Part shown: positions 9,154-18,784 of the stretch, piece by piece
Position numbering within the stretch: position 1 is the stretch's first letter
Layout: the number at the start of each line of letters is the position of its first letter
Notes under the pieces: generated by a model
Told to the model about the DNA's origin: nothing
The model's database searches: none
What the model saw: only the letters and a program-made list of their open reading frames with translations
From: a virus
Lineage: Duplodnaviria > Caudoviricetes
IMG/VR virus record: IMGVR_UViG_3300030376_000423
Span: 1-30,148 of that record
Reading direction: 5' to 3' (one strand)
Length of the DNA: 30,148 nucleotides
Position numbers and translations under genes: made by a program

Positions 9154-12100
9154 ATGGAACTACAACAGCCTATCGACTACAATGAAGATAGTATGGCTCC
9201 TATCGATGAGGAACTAGGTGAAGTAGTTACTCAAGAAGATACTGAGCAAAGCATACAAGAAGCATTCATGTCTACAGGTCAAGATGTTTCTCCTTCAGAA
9301 GCTAAAGAGATGTTGTTTCAGAGTGCTAATCCTATAGAAGCTTTGATTCGAGATAAGTTCTACACTGAGGAAATGCAAGCTGAAGAACTCGAAAGAGCTT
9401 ACAAAGGTGCTGAGTTAAAATCAAATGACTTCTTTGATAATCCTGACTTCTTCTATGAGCAAGCTAAAGGGTTTTCTAATGATGATGTAGGTGCTCTAGA
9501 CATACGTGCTGCTATTAACTCAAGGATAGAACAGAGAATCTTACAAGACTTGATTGATAGAGAGTCAGATGTTCTTTTTCCTACACTTGATACTATATTA
9601 GACTTCGGTGCTTATATGTTACGAGAGTCTACAATAGGTATACCTGAAGCACTCACTGATCGTACTGAACGATTAGGTACTCAACTTGTATTCAACAAAC
9701 TGAACATGAAACCTAGTGAATATAAAGAGTGGTTTCAACAGACAGCCGATGAAGTTATGCAAGAAGGTATTCGTGAGGACGATGCTAACAAGATTGATTG
9801 GTTGAGGAGTGTTGTTGCAAGTAACGGATACGACAGAGATTCAAATATAAAGAAAGCGTTTGCTCTAGTAGACTTAATAGGTGTAGGAGAGTTAGCTTCT
9901 GTAGGGTTTAAACTTGCACGTACTGCAGCTAAACCTGCTACACGTATTGGAAGAGTTGCTGAACTAGAAGGACCAGAACAAGCTGCTAGAATTGGTGAAG
10001 GTATTGCTGTTCGTAATCTTGATCCAGAAGTAAATGCTGATCTTGGACCTAGAGTTGTTAACCCACACCCACCCAAAGTAGCTACACCTGAAGGTTGGTA
10101 CTCTCGTGCTCTAAGAGAGAATCAACTAGCAGATGAGATAGCTACTATCTACAAGAGTGGGGCTATGGGGCGTATTGTAGATCAAGATACTATACGTGCA
10201 TCTGTGTCTTCTACAATATCTAAGTTTAGACAGAGAGTTGATAACCCTGTATACAAGTCAGACTTAGAAGAAACAGGATTCGGAAACTACACAGTAAACA
10301 TACAGTTAGGTAAAACTACTGATGGTACACCCTACAAACCAACACCAAGAGGTGAACCGTCTGCAAGTGTCAATCGTTTAGCTGAGAAGACAGGCGGTGA
10401 AGTAGTTGCAGTTAAGAACTCTGCAGATGAACTTCAAGGTTATGTTGTTCAATACAGAGAAAACATAGACTTATCTAAAGAAATAGGTGCAGTTGATCCT
10501 GATGAACTTCTTAGGATGGAACGTGGTGTAGTTAGGAATACTCTAGGTAGGGTATTCGGTAATACTCTTATGGGTTCTACTGCTCTACGTGGTGTTGACA
10601 GATTAACTACACTAGCTCAGATGGGAGAGTCTGCTCAGTCTGCAGTCAAAGGTGTGTTTCAAAAAGAAGCAAAGAAGATAAATGCTCTTGGTCCTAGTGA
10701 TCGTGCAACTCTTGCGTCTATTGTAGGTAAACTACGAGATGATCCAGTAGAGGCTGTTAGACGTGGATGGTACAGTGAAGAAGAGTTTGCTGTACGCTAC
10801 GCAGAACTAACAGGAAAGCAACCAAGTCAGAAAGTTATAGATGCTTACGATGCAGAGATTGCTATATCTAATACTGCAGCTGTTATTCGTGCTAACAACA
10901 TCATGCGTAGCTACGTACAGAAGGGATACCGTACAGTAGAAATGCCTGACGGTATTCGTGTACCTGCAAAGACTACATCTACATCTAAAATAGGAGCAGA
11001 TGAATACATTCTAGACTTGAACGATAATGTTCGTCTTTACAAGAATGAAATAGACGCAGGGTTTGATGTATGGAAACTAGATCGTGATGATCTTGGGGTA
11101 CGGTATGTGACTAAACCAAGAAAGGTTGACGCACTAGAACCACAGGACGTTATGGGTTTCAATGCAGGTGGTCCTCGAACTAACCCTAATGCTAACTACT
11201 TTGTAGTACTAGGGCGCGAAGGTAGATTCCCCAAGTCCTTATTAACAACATTTACTGATACTGATGCTTTAACAGCTAAAAAACAATTAGAAAATATACA
11301 AACTGCTTTGATTCAAGGTGAAGGTAACATAGATGATATAATAGCTGCTAATAATGATTGGAATCCTGCTATTACTAATCTAGAAGAATTACGTAGATTT
11401 TCAGATGAAAACAACTGGAACTTAGAAGAAGGTAAGATTGCCTACAAAGAACGTAACTCATATGTACAAGACGTAGATGTTGATGATGCTACATACAGAA
11501 TGGCATTCTCTGATTACGTAGAGAAAGAAGCATCACGACAAGACAGAGTTCTACCTGAGTTTGGTGGTAAGAAAACGTATAACGTTGATCCTATGGATAC
11601 CATAACTCAACAGTTCGGAACAGCCGTACAAGAGTTAGCTAATCACGCATACACATATAATGCTATGGTAGGATGGGTAAAGTCAGCACAGAAAGCAGGA
11701 GTCAACTGGCTTCCTAAAGGTGTATCGCCTAACGATTATCGTACACTGTTTATGGATGCAAAGATAACAGGTAACACTGCATTCGATAGACGTATGAAAG
11801 AGATACGTGATATTGAGATGAGGCGTATGGGTGTCAAGAGTGCAGCTGTACAGACAATGGAAGACTTAGGAAGACAAGCTTCTGAGTACGTATTTCAAAA
11901 GACTCACATACCTACACGTCTAGGTGATCCAAGTAATGCTCTACTAAACATAGGGTATCAATCTGCATTTGGTTTCTTGAGCATATCTCAGGTTCTTGTA
12001 CAGGGTTCTCACGCTGCTACAATCATGGCTATTTCTCCGAAGCATGGTTTTCTTGGCGCAAGCATGGCTTTAAAAATTCGTGGTATGTACCACGCTACTC

Positions 12101-13485
12101 CTGACGTAGTGGATTTAGGAGTTCAGCGTTTATCTAAATTCTATAATATGCCAGAAGATGAGATAAAGGAGATTATGGAGTATGTCCGTACCTCTGGACG
12201 TGATATTATAGGTGCTGAAGCAATCGAACAAGGCACTGGTGTATCGTATGGTATCTCTGGTTTCCAAGGAGAGAGCTACAAACCATCACTACTACGTAAA
12301 GCTTGGTTGTCTACAAAGAAAACTGGACGTCAAGGTTTAGATTTAGGATTGATACCCTTCAACCAAGGTGAGAGACTAGGAAGACTTACTGGTACATACA
12401 CTGCTATCTTAGAGTTTAAGGCTAAGAATCCTGGAGTGTCTATCCTAAGTGATCGTGCTCGTATGTGGATTAGTAGACGTGACCAAGACTTAACGTTCAA
12501 CATGACTGCAGTAGGTAGACCTCAGATTCAAAGTGGTCTGATGCGAGTTCCTACACAGTGGTTATCTCATACATTCAGAGCTATGGAGTCTGTGTTTGTA
12601 GGACGTAACTTCACTAAAGCAGAACGAGTACGTATGTTTGGAATCTTGATGCCTTTCTATGGTACTGCAGGGTTTGGTCTTACACATGCAGCCGACTCTC
12701 TAGCAGACTACTTCGGTATAGAACCAGATAGCACTAAATTCACATTCTTAAAATGGGGTGCTTTAGAAGGTCTTATGGACTATCTTTTAGAAGATACAGA
12801 TGGTAAAGTTGGTACAGGATTAGCAGGTAGACTAGCTCCTGCAGGTGCTATTGTAGAAACATACCGTAAAATAAAAGAAGGTCAGTTTCTTGAGGTTTTA
12901 GGTGGTCCTTCAGGAGATATTACTGGTGGAATAGCAGACGCATTCATGGAAGCATACGCATCTCTAAGAGATAATCGTGGAACTATGCTGAGTGATGATG
13001 TCATTAAGATTCTAAGACAACCATCTGGTATTGATAACATTGCTAAAGCTTACGGTATCTTCAATAACGGTATCTATCGTAGTAAGAATGGTATAACAAT
13101 TCCAGGAGAGATGGGTACAACAGAAGGTATCTTACAGCTACTTGGTATTGGTAGTTTAAAACAAGCTGAGTGGTACGATACTCGAAGAACTATGTTCACA
13201 AGTAACAAGAAAGTAACTAAGTTCCGTAAAGAAATAAACACTGAAGCTAACTACGCTTTTGATTTACTACAAGGTGACACTGCAGATAAAGAGAAAGCAT
13301 TCAAGTTGTTCAATGAATTGAAGGTAAAGATTGACATGAGTGGGTTTTCTCCTGAGATTCAGACATCTCTAAGAAAAAGTATGAACCGTAGACTTGATGA
13401 TCAGTTCTTTAATGTGTACGAAAACTTACTAAGATCAGATCAAGACGCTGAAGCAGAACGCCTCAGATCAGTACTAGGAAGGTAA
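9154..13485 (+). CDS. Large internal virion (ejection) protein, 1443 aa
   Basis: AAGGA RBS; size, helical character and position typical of podovirus core proteins. Confidence 0.65.
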   Translation: MELQQPIDYNEDSMAPIDEELGEVVTQEDTEQSIQEAFMSTGQDVSPSEAKEMLFQSANPIEALIRDKFYTEEMQAEELERAYKGAELKSNDFFDNPDFFYEQAKGFSNDDVGALDIRAAINSRIEQRILQDLIDRESDVLFPTLDTILDFGAYMLRESTIGIPEALTDRTERLGTQLVFNKLNMKPSEYKEWFQQTADEVMQEGIREDDANKIDWLRSVVASNGYDRDSNIKKAFALVDLIGVGELASVGFKLARTAAKPATRIGRVAELEGPEQAARIGEGIAVRNLDPEVNADLGPRVVNPHPPKVATPEGWYSRALRENQLADEIATIYKSGAMGRIVDQDTIRASVSSTISKFRQRVDNPVYKSDLEETGFGNYTVNIQLGKTTDGTPYKPTPRGEPSASVNRLAEKTGGEVVAVKNSADELQGYVVQYRENIDLSKEIGAVDPDELLRMERGVVRNTLGRVFGNTLMGSTALRGVDRLTTLAQMGESAQSAVKGVFQKEAKKINALGPSDRATLASIVGKLRDDPVEAVRRGWYSEEEFAVRYAELTGKQPSQKVIDAYDAEIAISNTAAVIRANNIMRSYVQKGYRTVEMPDGIRVPAKTTSTSKIGADEYILDLNDNVRLYKNEIDAGFDVWKLDRDDLGVRYVTKPRKVDALEPQDVMGFNAGGPRTNPNANYFVVLGREGRFPKSLLTTFTDTDALTAKKQLENIQTALIQGEGNIDDIIAANNDWNPAITNLEELRRFSDENNWNLEEGKIAYKERNSYVQDVDVDDATYRMAFSDYVEKEASRQDRVLPEFGGKKTYNVDPMDTITQQFGTAVQELANHAYTYNAMVGWVKSAQKAGVNWLPKGVSPNDYRTLFMDAKITGNTAFDRRMKEIRDIEMRRMGVKSAAVQTMEDLGRQASEYVFQKTHIPTRLGDPSNALLNIGYQSAFGFLSISQVLVQGSHAATIMAISPKHGFLGASMALKIRGMYHATPDVVDLGVQRLSKFYNMPEDEIKEIMEYVRTSGRDIIGAEAIEQGTGVSYGISGFQGESYKPSLLRKAWLSTKKTGRQGLDLGLIPFNQGERLGRLTGTYTAILEFKAKNPGVSILSDRARMWISRRDQDLTFNMTAVGRPQIQSGLMRVPTQWLSHTFRAMESVFVGRNFTKAERVRMFGILMPFYGTAGFGLTHAADSLADYFGIEPDSTKFTFLKWGALEGLMDYLLEDTDGKVGTGLAGRLAPAGAIVETYRKIKEGQFLEVLGGPSGDITGGIADAFMEAYASLRDNRGTMLSDDVIKILRQPSGIDNIAKAYGIFNNGIYRSKNGITIPGEMGTTEGILQLLGIGSLKQAEWYDTRRTMFTSNKKVTKFRKEINTEANYAFDLLQGDTADKEKAFKLFNELKVKIDMSGFSPEIQTSLRKSMNRRLDDQFFNVYENLLRSDQDAEAERLRSVLGR

Positions 13486-13489
13486 AAGA

Positions 13490-16030
13490 ATGGCAGATAT
13501 ATTCGCACCTAAGACATCTTTTAATATCGGGTATGAGCGTGTAGTCTCTCAACCTGTAGAAGACAAAAGAGGTGAGACACAGGCTAAGTTTCAAGCTATG
13601 GCTAATCAAGTTCAAGCTTCAGCTATAAGAGCACAGACTCAGGTTGAACGTGCCAAGATGGGTGCAGAAAACGCAATGATCCAAGGCTACGGAAACCTAG
13701 CTTTAACTGCATTGAAGGGTGTAGGAGGTTACGCAAGTCAATACCAGAAAGGTAGGGTGTCTGGTGCTGCAGGTGAATGGCTTGACTCAATGGTAAAAGC
13801 TCAAGATTTACGAGATCAAGGTCAAGCAAACGAAGCTAGTATGTTTGAGAGAAAATCTACTAGAGCAGCTGTAGGGGCAGGTGTTGACTTAGATAAGTAT
13901 AAGACAGAGTATGAAGCTATCACTGGTAGACCTATGGAGTATGTAGGTCAGACTCGTGAGCAGCAAGTATTCGAAATGATGAAAAGCGACAAGAACTACC
14001 AGATGGCTTACTTAGCCGCACAGGGTACTCTTGGACCTAATGCTTCAGAAGAACAATTAACTTCATCTGCTTTAGCTTCAATGCAGAAGCAAGCCATTGC
14101 AAGTAACACTCTAGCTCTTGTAGGTGCAGGTAATCAACTTGATTGGGAAACTCAAGTAAAAGGCGCTTACAATACAACACTAGACCAATTCGATCAGGGT
14201 ATTGTAGCAGGATTAATAAACAGGACTCAACAAGGTCAACCTATAACTCCAGGAGAGATTGATACTGTTATATTACAACATAACCTTATGTCTCAGAAGT
14301 TGATAAAACCTGCATACGTTTCAGATGAACAATGGAACTCAGTAAAACAAAGATTAGATTTACAGAAAGAGTTCTTGACTACACTGAAAGCTGCTCGTGA
14401 TCCTGATAATCTGTTAACTGACATGGTTTCACAGTTAATGCAGAGCGCAGAGACTCCTGAACAGGCAATGGCTATAGCTGTAGCATCTGATTCTTCTAAC
14501 TTAGCAAATTACTTTGGTACAAACTTACCAGAGACGGTAAACAAACTAGCTAAAACTGCATTTGCAGACAATAACTACAAACAAAGAGGTATGATTATTA
14601 CAGACGTACAGGAAGTAGATGTGACTGAACCTGTCAGTGGCAACTCTACTTTCACTATAGACACTGCTCCATCATTTCTAAAAGATCACGTCAATGATGA
14701 TCCTAAAGCTATGCAAAGAAATGTAGAAGCAGGGTTAGAGATGATTAAGAATCTAAAACCTATGGAGCTTCAGGGTGAAGGTGCAATAAAACAGTTCTAC
14801 AATGCTACAATGTCTATGGCTGCAGGTATGTTGTCAGATACGGAGTTCTATTCTTCTTCAAAGGTATCTAAAGTATTTAACAATCCTAACTTAGAACAAT
14901 CTTTAAGTATGGTTGCTTCAGTAGATCGTGAAGCTGCAGATGAAATACGTATATCTTTACGTAGTGTTGCTAAATTACAGAGAAGAGCATTGAAAGTTAA
15001 CCTACAAAGTATGGAAGATGCTTTAAAAGGCGCAGTATGGGATGAGCAAGACCAAACCTACTACATAACTGGTGACTCAGGTAAGTTTCTAAACATGCCT
15101 AACTCTGCAATCTCTGGTGAAATGACAGATAAAGGTTTCAAGATAGCATCCTATAGTACTGTATTTCCTGAAGGTTATAAAGAAGCTGTAGATAGACGTA
15201 AATCTCTTTCAATACTTGATCGTGCTATAAATAATCTATCTGTAGAAGGTGCAGAAGTAGAGACTACAACACCACAGACTGAAACAATAGAAGGTATTAC
15301 TTACAGTTTACCTGAAGATGTACAAGCAGATACTGAGTTCTTAAATGAAGTTGTTCGAGTATCAGAAGAAGTCGGTGTAAACCCTGATCAATTAATATCT
15401 GTAATAGACTTCGAAACAATAGGGTCTTTCTCTCCTAGTGAAAAGAGTGGAACGTCAAGTGGTACAGGTCTGATTCAATTCTTAGAGAAGACAGCTAAAG
15501 AGTTAGGAACAACTACTCAGAAACTATCTCAAATGACTCGTGCAGAACAGATGGTTTATGTAGGAAGATACCTTGCTAAGTACGAAGGAAAGATAAAGAA
15601 CACAGGTGACATCTACATGGCTGTTCATTGGCCTAGAGGTGTAGGTGAATCTGATGATTATGTTCTTTACAGAAAAGGTTCTAAAGCATACAGGGCTAAC
15701 TCAAGTCTAGATAAATCAAATGATGGCACAGTAACTAGAGGTGAAGCATTAGCAAGACTAAGAGATGTAACTTCTAATAAGTTTACGGACGTACAAAGAA
15801 TAGCAGAGCAAGCTATAGAGCAGAGTGATGAACTTACAAGCAGTCCAAGGCCAATAGCTAGACCAGATATTAGAGAAGAACCTTTTCCTGTAACAGAAAG
15901 TCCACGTCCTCGACCTAGAGGCACACCTACGTTTGAGCAATTTAAAACACTTAATGCTGACATATTACAAGGACTCTCTGAAGAAGAGTTGCAAGGAATA
16001 TATCAGCGTAACTTTGTATCAATGGAGTAA
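13490..16030 (+). CDS. Internal virion protein with C-terminal lytic transglycosylase domain
   Basis: VIDFET (catalytic Glu) ... GTGLIQF motif; EF-hand-like DKSNDGTVTRGE. Confidence 0.75.
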   Translation: MADIFAPKTSFNIGYERVVSQPVEDKRGETQAKFQAMANQVQASAIRAQTQVERAKMGAENAMIQGYGNLALTALKGVGGYASQYQKGRVSGAAGEWLDSMVKAQDLRDQGQANEASMFERKSTRAAVGAGVDLDKYKTEYEAITGRPMEYVGQTREQQVFEMMKSDKNYQMAYLAAQGTLGPNASEEQLTSSALASMQKQAIASNTLALVGAGNQLDWETQVKGAYNTTLDQFDQGIVAGLINRTQQGQPITPGEIDTVILQHNLMSQKLIKPAYVSDEQWNSVKQRLDLQKEFLTTLKAARDPDNLLTDMVSQLMQSAETPEQAMAIAVASDSSNLANYFGTNLPETVNKLAKTAFADNNYKQRGMIITDVQEVDVTEPVSGNSTFTIDTAPSFLKDHVNDDPKAMQRNVEAGLEMIKNLKPMELQGEGAIKQFYNATMSMAAGMLSDTEFYSSSKVSKVFNNPNLEQSLSMVASVDREAADEIRISLRSVAKLQRRALKVNLQSMEDALKGAVWDEQDQTYYITGDSGKFLNMPNSAISGEMTDKGFKIASYSTVFPEGYKEAVDRRKSLSILDRAINNLSVEGAEVETTTPQTETIEGITYSLPEDVQADTEFLNEVVRVSEEVGVNPDQLISVIDFETIGSFSPSEKSGTSSGTGLIQFLEKTAKELGTTTQKLSQMTRAEQMVYVGRYLAKYEGKIKNTGDIYMAVHWPRGVGESDDYVLYRKGSKAYRANSSLDKSNDGTVTRGEALARLRDVTSNKFTDVQRIAEQAIEQSDELTSSPRPIARPDIREEPFPVTESPRPRPRGTPTFEQFKTLNADILQGLSEEELQGIYQRNFVSME

Positions 16031-16033
16031 TAA

Positions 16034-16501
16034 ATGACATTTAGATTAAGTCAAAGGTCAGTAGATAGACTCGAAGGAGTACATCCAGATATGACTGCAG
16101 TAGTTGAGAGAGCTATACAACTTTCTAAGGTAGACTTCGGAGTGACACAAGGAGTCAGAACCTTAGATGAACAAAAAGCTAATGTAGCTGCAGGAAGATC
16201 ACAAACCATGAGGTCTAAACACCTACTACAAGATGATGGATTCAGTCATGCAGTAGACGTAGTGGCTTATGTGGGTCCAGACGTGTCATGGGAACTAAAC
16301 TTGTATGATGACATCTGTGATGCTTTCAAAGAAGCAGCTAAAGAAGTAGGTTGTAGTATAAAATGGGGAGCAGCATGGAGTGAGGGTGACATAAGAACCT
16401 ACCCAGGAACATCAGAAGATGCTATGATGGCTTATGTAGACCTAAGACGTTCTCAATCCAGAAGACCTTTCATCGATGCCCCACATTTCGAGTTGATGTA
16501 A
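16034..16501 (+). CDS. Endolysin, peptidase M15 (L-Ala-D-Glu peptidase-like)
   Basis: LEGVHPD, RTLDEQ, SKHL...HAVD and DAPHFEL zinc/catalytic motifs. Confidence 0.88.
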   Translation: MTFRLSQRSVDRLEGVHPDMTAVVERAIQLSKVDFGVTQGVRTLDEQKANVAAGRSQTMRSKHLLQDDGFSHAVDVVAYVGPDVSWELNLYDDICDAFKEAAKEVGCSIKWGAAWSEGDIRTYPGTSEDAMMAYVDLRRSQSRRPFIDAPHFELM

Positions 16502-16728
16502 TGGAGATGCTTGAACTTATAATGCAGTGGTTAGTCGCTCCTTTAGCAGGAATTGTCTGGTTTTTGTTTATGAAGTCAAGTAAGAACGAAAGAGACATTG
16601 CAGTGCTCCAAGCACAGTATGAAGCTAATAGATTAGCCTATGACAGAGAGATGAAAGAACTAAAAGAAACTGTCAAGGCAATCTTTAATAAACTAGATAG
16701 TATAGAACAAGCACTAAGAGAAAAGTAA
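16501..16728 (+). CDS. Small membrane-anchored coiled-coil protein (75 aa)
   Basis: N-terminal TM segment followed by a coiled coil; TAATG coupling on both sides. Confidence 0.7.
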   Translation: MEMLELIMQWLVAPLAGIVWFLFMKSSKNERDIAVLQAQYEANRLAYDREMKELKETVKAIFNKLDSIEQALREK

Positions 16729-17204
16729 TGGACCCAGTAAGTTGTGTTATGATGGCATCAGGTGCTTTCAAAGCATTGAAAGGTGCTATTGGTGCAGGTA
16801 AAGACTTACAGGAAATGACAGGTCAGCTTGCCAATTGGGGTAAAGCTTTCTCTGACTTTACTAACCTAGAGGAACGAGAAAAGAATCCTCCTTGGTGGAA
16901 GCAGACATTCAAAGGTAGTGACGAAGAGACTGCTCTAGAGATATTTGCTAACAAGAAGAAGATGGAACAAATGAGGGCTGAGATAAAAGATCATATATCT
17001 TGGAACTATGGTCCTAGTGCGTGGGAAGAAGTCTTACAGATTGAAGCTAAAATGCGTAGACAAAGAAAAGAAGAACTTTACAAGAAGCAGGAGAGAGTAG
17101 ATGCGATTATTAATTTCGGTATCGGTGGTGTTATGTTTATCCTTGGGGGCGGCTTGCTACTATTGGTATTCTACTTCATCGGCAAACAACAAGGTAGATG
17201 GTGA
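16728..17204 (+). CDS. Hypothetical membrane protein (158 aa, C-terminal TM)
   Basis: MDPVS start, helical body, hydrophobic C-terminus. Confidence 0.72.
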   Translation: MDPVSCVMMASGAFKALKGAIGAGKDLQEMTGQLANWGKAFSDFTNLEEREKNPPWWKQTFKGSDEETALEIFANKKKMEQMRAEIKDHISWNYGPSAWEEVLQIEAKMRRQRKEELYKKQERVDAIINFGIGGVMFILGGGLLLLVFYFIGKQQGRW

Positions 17205-17377
17205 TGTGGTTCCTAGTGTGGATGCAGTTTATAGTGGGAACGAATGAGTTCGAGTACTACCAAGTAGGTACATACGGATCAGAAGAAGCTTGTAAAGAAG
17301 AGATGGTAAGAGCAAGGGTGATGGTAACGAATAGTAAATCAGCGGTACATTGCTTTGAGGTTGATAGAAGTAAATAA
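17204..17377 (+). CDS. 57-aa two-Cys miniprotein (MWFLVWMQF...TYGSEEACKEE...VHCFEVDRSK); not in ORF track
   Basis: TGATG coupling with the upstream gene; shares a motif with 18319..18513. Confidence 0.72.
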   Translation: MWFLVWMQFIVGTNEFEYYQVGTYGSEEACKEEMVRARVMVTNSKSAVHCFEVDRSK

Positions 17378-17480
17378 TAAGTTTGTAGTATATAATAAGA
17401 ACGGTAATGTTATAATAATTACTCGTAGTAAAAACATTGCTATAAAGTATGCGAGGAATAATGGCACACACGGTAATTGA
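17355..17480 (+). CDS. Possible 41-aa protein (MRLIEVNNKFVVYNKNGNVIIITRSKNIAIKYARNNGTHGN), TTG start; not in ORF track
   Basis: Bridges an otherwise empty 83-bp gap and overlaps both neighbours. Start codon uncertain. Confidence 0.5.
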   Translation: MRLIEVNNKFVVYNKNGNVIIITRSKNIAIKYARNNGTHGN

Positions 17481-17718
17481 TGATTGGAAAATTATACCAA
17501 GGCTAATGATGTTGGCTGTAACTATACTAACATATCAGGCTGTTCATTGGTATATGGCTTTACCTGATCCTACAATACAACAGTCAGGTCTGGTGTCAGT
17601 CTGTATGGGTGCTCTGACAGGGTGCTTTGGTATATGGATGGGTAAAGAATCTAAGACAACAGTAACTCCAACGAGGGTAATCCATGAGGAATCTTATAGC
17701 AAGTCTGATTCTAGGTAG
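17461..17718 (+). CDS. Holin-like two-TM membrane protein
   Basis: GAGGA RBS favours ATG 17461; two hydrophobic helices; lies between endolysin and spanin. Confidence 0.55.
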   Translation: MAHTVIDDWKIIPRLMMLAVTILTYQAVHWYMALPDPTIQQSGLVSVCMGALTGCFGIWMGKESKTTVTPTRVIHEESYSKSDSR

Positions 17719-18070
17719 CCTACTAGCAGGTTGCATGTTGAATCCTATGAACCTACTTGGTGGTGGAGGTGGGCCTAGTGTCAATGCTAATACACAGGCA
17801 GGTAAAACAAACTCACAGACAGTAGGTAACTCTACAAATACAGATCAAGAGATTAGCTTACAGACTCTTGAAGGGAACCTAAATCAAAGTAACGATAAGA
17901 ATAAAGTAAGTACTGATAGTGTGGAGAACATAAATATAAATGAGATACCACCCTGGGTATTGATACTTCTAGTACTAGGTTGGTTAGCACCTAGTCCACA
18001 GGAAATGGGGCGTGGTTTACTTACTCTTATAGCAACACTAAGGAGAAAGAAAGATGGCAGCACGACTTAG
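17684..18070 (+). CDS. Putative unimolecular spanin (lipoprotein with C-terminal TM)
   Basis: Signal peptide with LAGC lipobox, polar linker, C-terminal TM (PPWVLILLVLGWL) and basic tail; same topology as T1 gp11. Confidence 0.68.
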   Translation: MRNLIASLILGSLLAGCMLNPMNLLGGGGGPSVNANTQAGKTNSQTVGNSTNTDQEISLQTLEGNLNQSNDKNKVSTDSVENININEIPPWVLILLVLGWLAPSPQEMGRGLLTLIATLRRKKDGSTT

Positions 18071-18305
18071 CAAGTCAAAGATGAAGTGTAATAGTCCTAG
18101 AGCTACACCTAAACATCCTACTAAATCTCATGTAGTAAAGGCTTGTGTCAATGGAAAAGAAACTGTTATCAGGTTTGGTCAGAAAGGTGTCAGAGGAAGC
18201 CCTAAAGGTTCAGCTAGGAATAAGGCTTTTCGTGCAAGACATGCTAAGAATATTAAAAAGGGAAAGATGAGTGCAGCGTACTGGGCTGCTAAAGTAAAAT
18301 GGTAA
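18054..18305 (+). CDS. Small basic protein (83 aa; IRFGQKG...FRARH...SAAYWA motif)
   Basis: AGGAG upstream; very Lys/Arg-rich. Recalled resemblance to DUF5754/DUF6321-type viral proteins, not verified. Confidence 0.7.
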   Translation: MAARLSKSKMKCNSPRATPKHPTKSHVVKACVNGKETVIRFGQKGVRGSPKGSARNKAFRARHAKNIKKGKMSAAYWAAKVKW

Positions 18306-18318
18306 AAGGATAAATACA

Positions 18319-18513
18319 ATGTGGATAGCCTTTATGCTTCTTTGCACTTCACCTGCAGCATTGTCCTGTGAGGTTATGGCTAAGACTGAAGCAACGTTTC
18401 CTACAGAAGAAGCGTGTGCTGAAGAAGCAATAGTAGTAGCTAAGTACTTTCAAAGTAAAGGATACTTAGCAGTACCAGAGTGTCGGAAAATTAAAATGGG
18501 AGTATCGTTATGA
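18319..18513 (+). CDS. 64-aa Cys-containing miniprotein (TFPTEEACAEE)
   Basis: AAGGA RBS; hydrophobic N-terminus; four Cys. Confidence 0.72.
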   Translation: MWIAFMLLCTSPAALSCEVMAKTEATFPTEEACAEEAIVVAKYFQSKGYLAVPECRKIKMGVSL

Positions 18514-18608
18514 AGATAGTAAAATGGTTATGGAGATATTTAAAAAGAATAGGGTGTGCAATCTTAAATAAGAATTGTGGTCCTGACTGTAACTGTAAGG
18601 TAGATTAA
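18510..18608 (+). CDS. 32-aa amphipathic Cys-rich peptide (MKIVKWLWRYLKRIGCAILNKNCGPDCNCKVD); not in ORF track
   Basis: ATGA overlap with the upstream gene, GGGAG RBS, ends 1 nt before the next ATG. Confidence 0.68.
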   Translation: MKIVKWLWRYLKRIGCAILNKNCGPDCNCKVD

Positions 18609-18609
18609 T

Positions 18610-18783
18610 ATGGCGAGTCCTACACCTACAAAACCTGCTCTGTGGTCTAGAGCCAAGGCAGAAGCTAAGAAGAAGTTCAAGGTCTATCCTTCAGCATACG
18701 CAAATGCTTGGGCTGCTAAGTGGTACAAGTCTAAAGGTGGTGGTTGGAAAGGCAAGGACAACAGAGTAAAGAAGAAGAAGTGA
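18610..18783 (+). CDS. 57-aa basic protein (KAEAKKKFKVYPSAYANAWAAKWYKSKGGGW); resembles DUF5872 N-half; not in ORF track
   Basis: AAGGT RBS; tight packing on both sides. The PSAYA..YK..GG motif match is from recall. Confidence 0.75.
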   Translation: MASPTPTKPALWSRAKAEAKKKFKVYPSAYANAWAAKWYKSKGGGWKGKDNRVKKKK

Positions 18784-18784
18784 T

